Shown here piece after piece: positions 62,768-64,000 of a stretch of DNA of 64,000 bases. The translations under genes were made by a program, and so were the position numbers. The notes under the pieces were generated by a model that worked only from the letters and a program-made list of their open reading frames with translations, did not search any database and was not told the origin of the DNA. Positions within the stretch are counted from its first letter, which is position 1. Every line of letters begins with the position of its first letter. The stretch comes from an uncultured Actinomycetota bacterium (GTDB taxonomy: Bacteria; Actinomycetota; Actinomycetes; Streptosporangiales; Streptosporangiaceae), in NCBI GenBank assembly GCA_963695645.1, contig CAVOHC010000004.1, positions 150,948 through 214,947 on the forward strand, read 5' to 3'.

Positions 62768-64000
62768 TCAGGGTGCGGCGTTCCACAGAGCGTCGATCGG
62801 GAGGGCTCGCAGGCGGTCCCCGAACGGGAGGGTTTGCTGTCCGGTGTAAAGCACGTATCCAGCTATCAGCCGTGGGCCCAGCCGCTGCGCGAGGTGGCGC
62901 AGGCCGACCAGGTCTTCGGTGCGAACGGTCGCTCCGGCTTTCACCTCGATGGCGACCACTCGGCCATCAGCGGTTTCCAAGACGGCGTCTACCTCGACTT
63001 TGTCCTTGGTCCGGTAATGGTGCAAGCGTGCCCGTTCTTGGCACCAGGTGAGCTGGCGGGCGAGTTCCATCAGCACGAATGTCTCGACCATGGGTCCCGC
63101 TGCCCCGTCGGGTTCACCGAGGCGGCTCGCGTCCTGGCCGAGCAGGTGCGTGGCGATGCCAGTATCGACGAATGTCAGCTTGGGGGTGCCAATGGCCCGC
63201 TGGGCCTGGCCAGCTGACCAAGCAGGGATCTGCTTGATGAGGAAGACCGCCGTAAGCAGTTCGAGATAGCGGTTCAGCGTGGTCCGGGGGATGCCGGATG
63301 CTGTCGCAAGCGTCGCAGGGACTAGCAGCCCCCCGGAGCGGCCGGCGAGCAGGGCCAGCAGTCTGCGCAGGTCGCCGCGGCGCTCGATCGCAGCTAGCTC
63401 TTGCACGTCGCGTTCGATGAGGTTGGTCAGGTAGGAGTCGAAGAAGGCTGCGCGGCGGCGGGGGGACCGGCGGATCGCTTCGGGGTAGCCGCCGCGGACG
63501 ATAAGGTCGAGATAGTCGCGCTTGCGCAGGCCCGTGGTCCGGGACAGGCCTGGGCCGCGGGCGAATGCGGCGTCCACGAAGGCGTCGGGGCATTGTTCCA
63601 ATTCGCCCTGGGAGAACGGCCATAGCTCGACGATCTCCATCCGGCCCGGCAGGGCGTCGGGAAGCCCGCGCAGCGCCAGTACCTGTGCGGACCCGGTGAG
63701 CAGGAACTGTCCCGGGCGCCGGTCAGTGTCAACGGCCACCTTGATCGAGCGGAAGAGTTCCGGCGCTAGCTGTACCTCATCGATCACTAGGAGGCCGTCG
63801 TGCTCGACGAAGCCTGCCGGATCGTCGCGGGCGGCGCGCAGCGTGGCCGGATCGTCCAGGAGGCGGACCAGCGCGTTCGAGTATCTCTGCGCAACGATCC
63901 TGGCCAGGGTGCTCTTGCCCGCCTGTCGGGCACCGTTCAGTGTGACGACACGCGTATCGGTCAGAGCCTCAGTCACGAGGCTCTCCGCTTTGCGTGGCAC
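62768..64000 (-). CDS. AAA_14 / DUF4143-type ATP-binding protein (5' end at or just beyond the window edge)
   Basis: VVTLNGARQAGKSTLA (P-loop), LLVIDEVQLAPELF (Walker B) and a C-terminal DUF4143-like part (HHYRTKDKVEVDAVLE...VVAIEVKAG) are present. Confidence 0.8.
   Translation of the reverse strand: MPRKAESLVTEALTDTRVVTLNGARQAGKSTLARIVAQRYSNALVRLLDDPATLRAARDDPAGFVEHDGLLVIDEVQLAPELFRSIKVAVDTDRRPGQFLLTGSAQVLALRGLPDALPGRMEIVELWPFSQGELEQCPDAFVDAAFARGPGLSRTTGLRKRDYLDLIVRGGYPEAIRRSPRRRAAFFDSYLTNLIERDVQELAAIERRGDLRRLLALLAGRSGGLLVPATLATASGIPRTTLNRYLELLTAVFLIKQIPAWSAGQAQRAIGTPKLTFVDTGIATHLLGQDASRLGEPDGAAGPMVETFVLMELARQLTWCQERARLHHYRTKDKVEVDAVLETADGRVVAIEVKAGATVRTEDLVGLRHLAQRLGPRLIAGYVLYTGQQTLPFGDRLRALPIDALWNAAP

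Overview
This is a 64-kb, gene-dense, high-GC actinobacterial chromosomal segment, roughly 70% GC by eye with local dips to about 50-55%. Codon usage is Frankia/Streptomyces-like: third positions are strongly G/C, so many long ORFs in the supplied track are antisense shadows. I recognise about 55 protein-coding genes. I found no rRNA, intact tRNA, CRISPR array, transposase or integrase.

Left part (1-24.7 kb): a 3'-truncated NB-ARC/TPR STAND gene that the ORF track misses; F420-type redox enzymes (an LLM oxidoreductase and two DUF385 genes); a stand-alone Smr gene in a low-GC islet; an S53 peptidase with a frame break; a PfkB kinase followed by psuG; an RDD protein; an MshC-like ligase; an M20 peptidase; a class-III aminotransferase; a large PQQ-propeller protein preceded by two tandem-repeat arrays; a STAS protein; recQ; a TauE exporter; and an SF2 helicase.

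Centre (24.8-36 kb), the stand-out locus: a membrane RyR-repeat protein lies divergent from a four-gene fxs cassette. The cassette is fxsA (59-aa precursor ending FASAI-stop), fxsB (radical SAM/SPASM plus HExxH), fxsC (TIR-like) and fxsT (ParA/MinD-like plus TIR plus NB-ARC plus TPR, 1312 aa). It couples a cyclophane-type RiPP maturation pair to TIR and STAND modules. The families are named in databases, but as far as I know the biology of the ensemble has not been shown experimentally.

Right part (36-64 kb): an alpha/beta hydrolase; an orphan HypX-like gene; a SAM methyltransferase; a benzaldehyde/benzyl-alcohol dehydrogenase pair with a truncated IclR regulator; an AHL-lactonase-like MBL hydrolase; an AbiEii-like nucleotidyltransferase/HTH pair; three ABC-2-type exporter modules, one with an ECF sigma/anti-sigma pair and one with a two-component system; an ArsR regulator; a collagen-like secreted protein; and a DUF4143 AAA ATPase.

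Three genes (S53 peptidase, anti-sigma factor, histidine kinase) show single frame breaks in GC-rich stretches. These could be sequencing errors or real pseudogenes. All coordinates and motifs come from reading the sequence and the ORF track; no searches were run.
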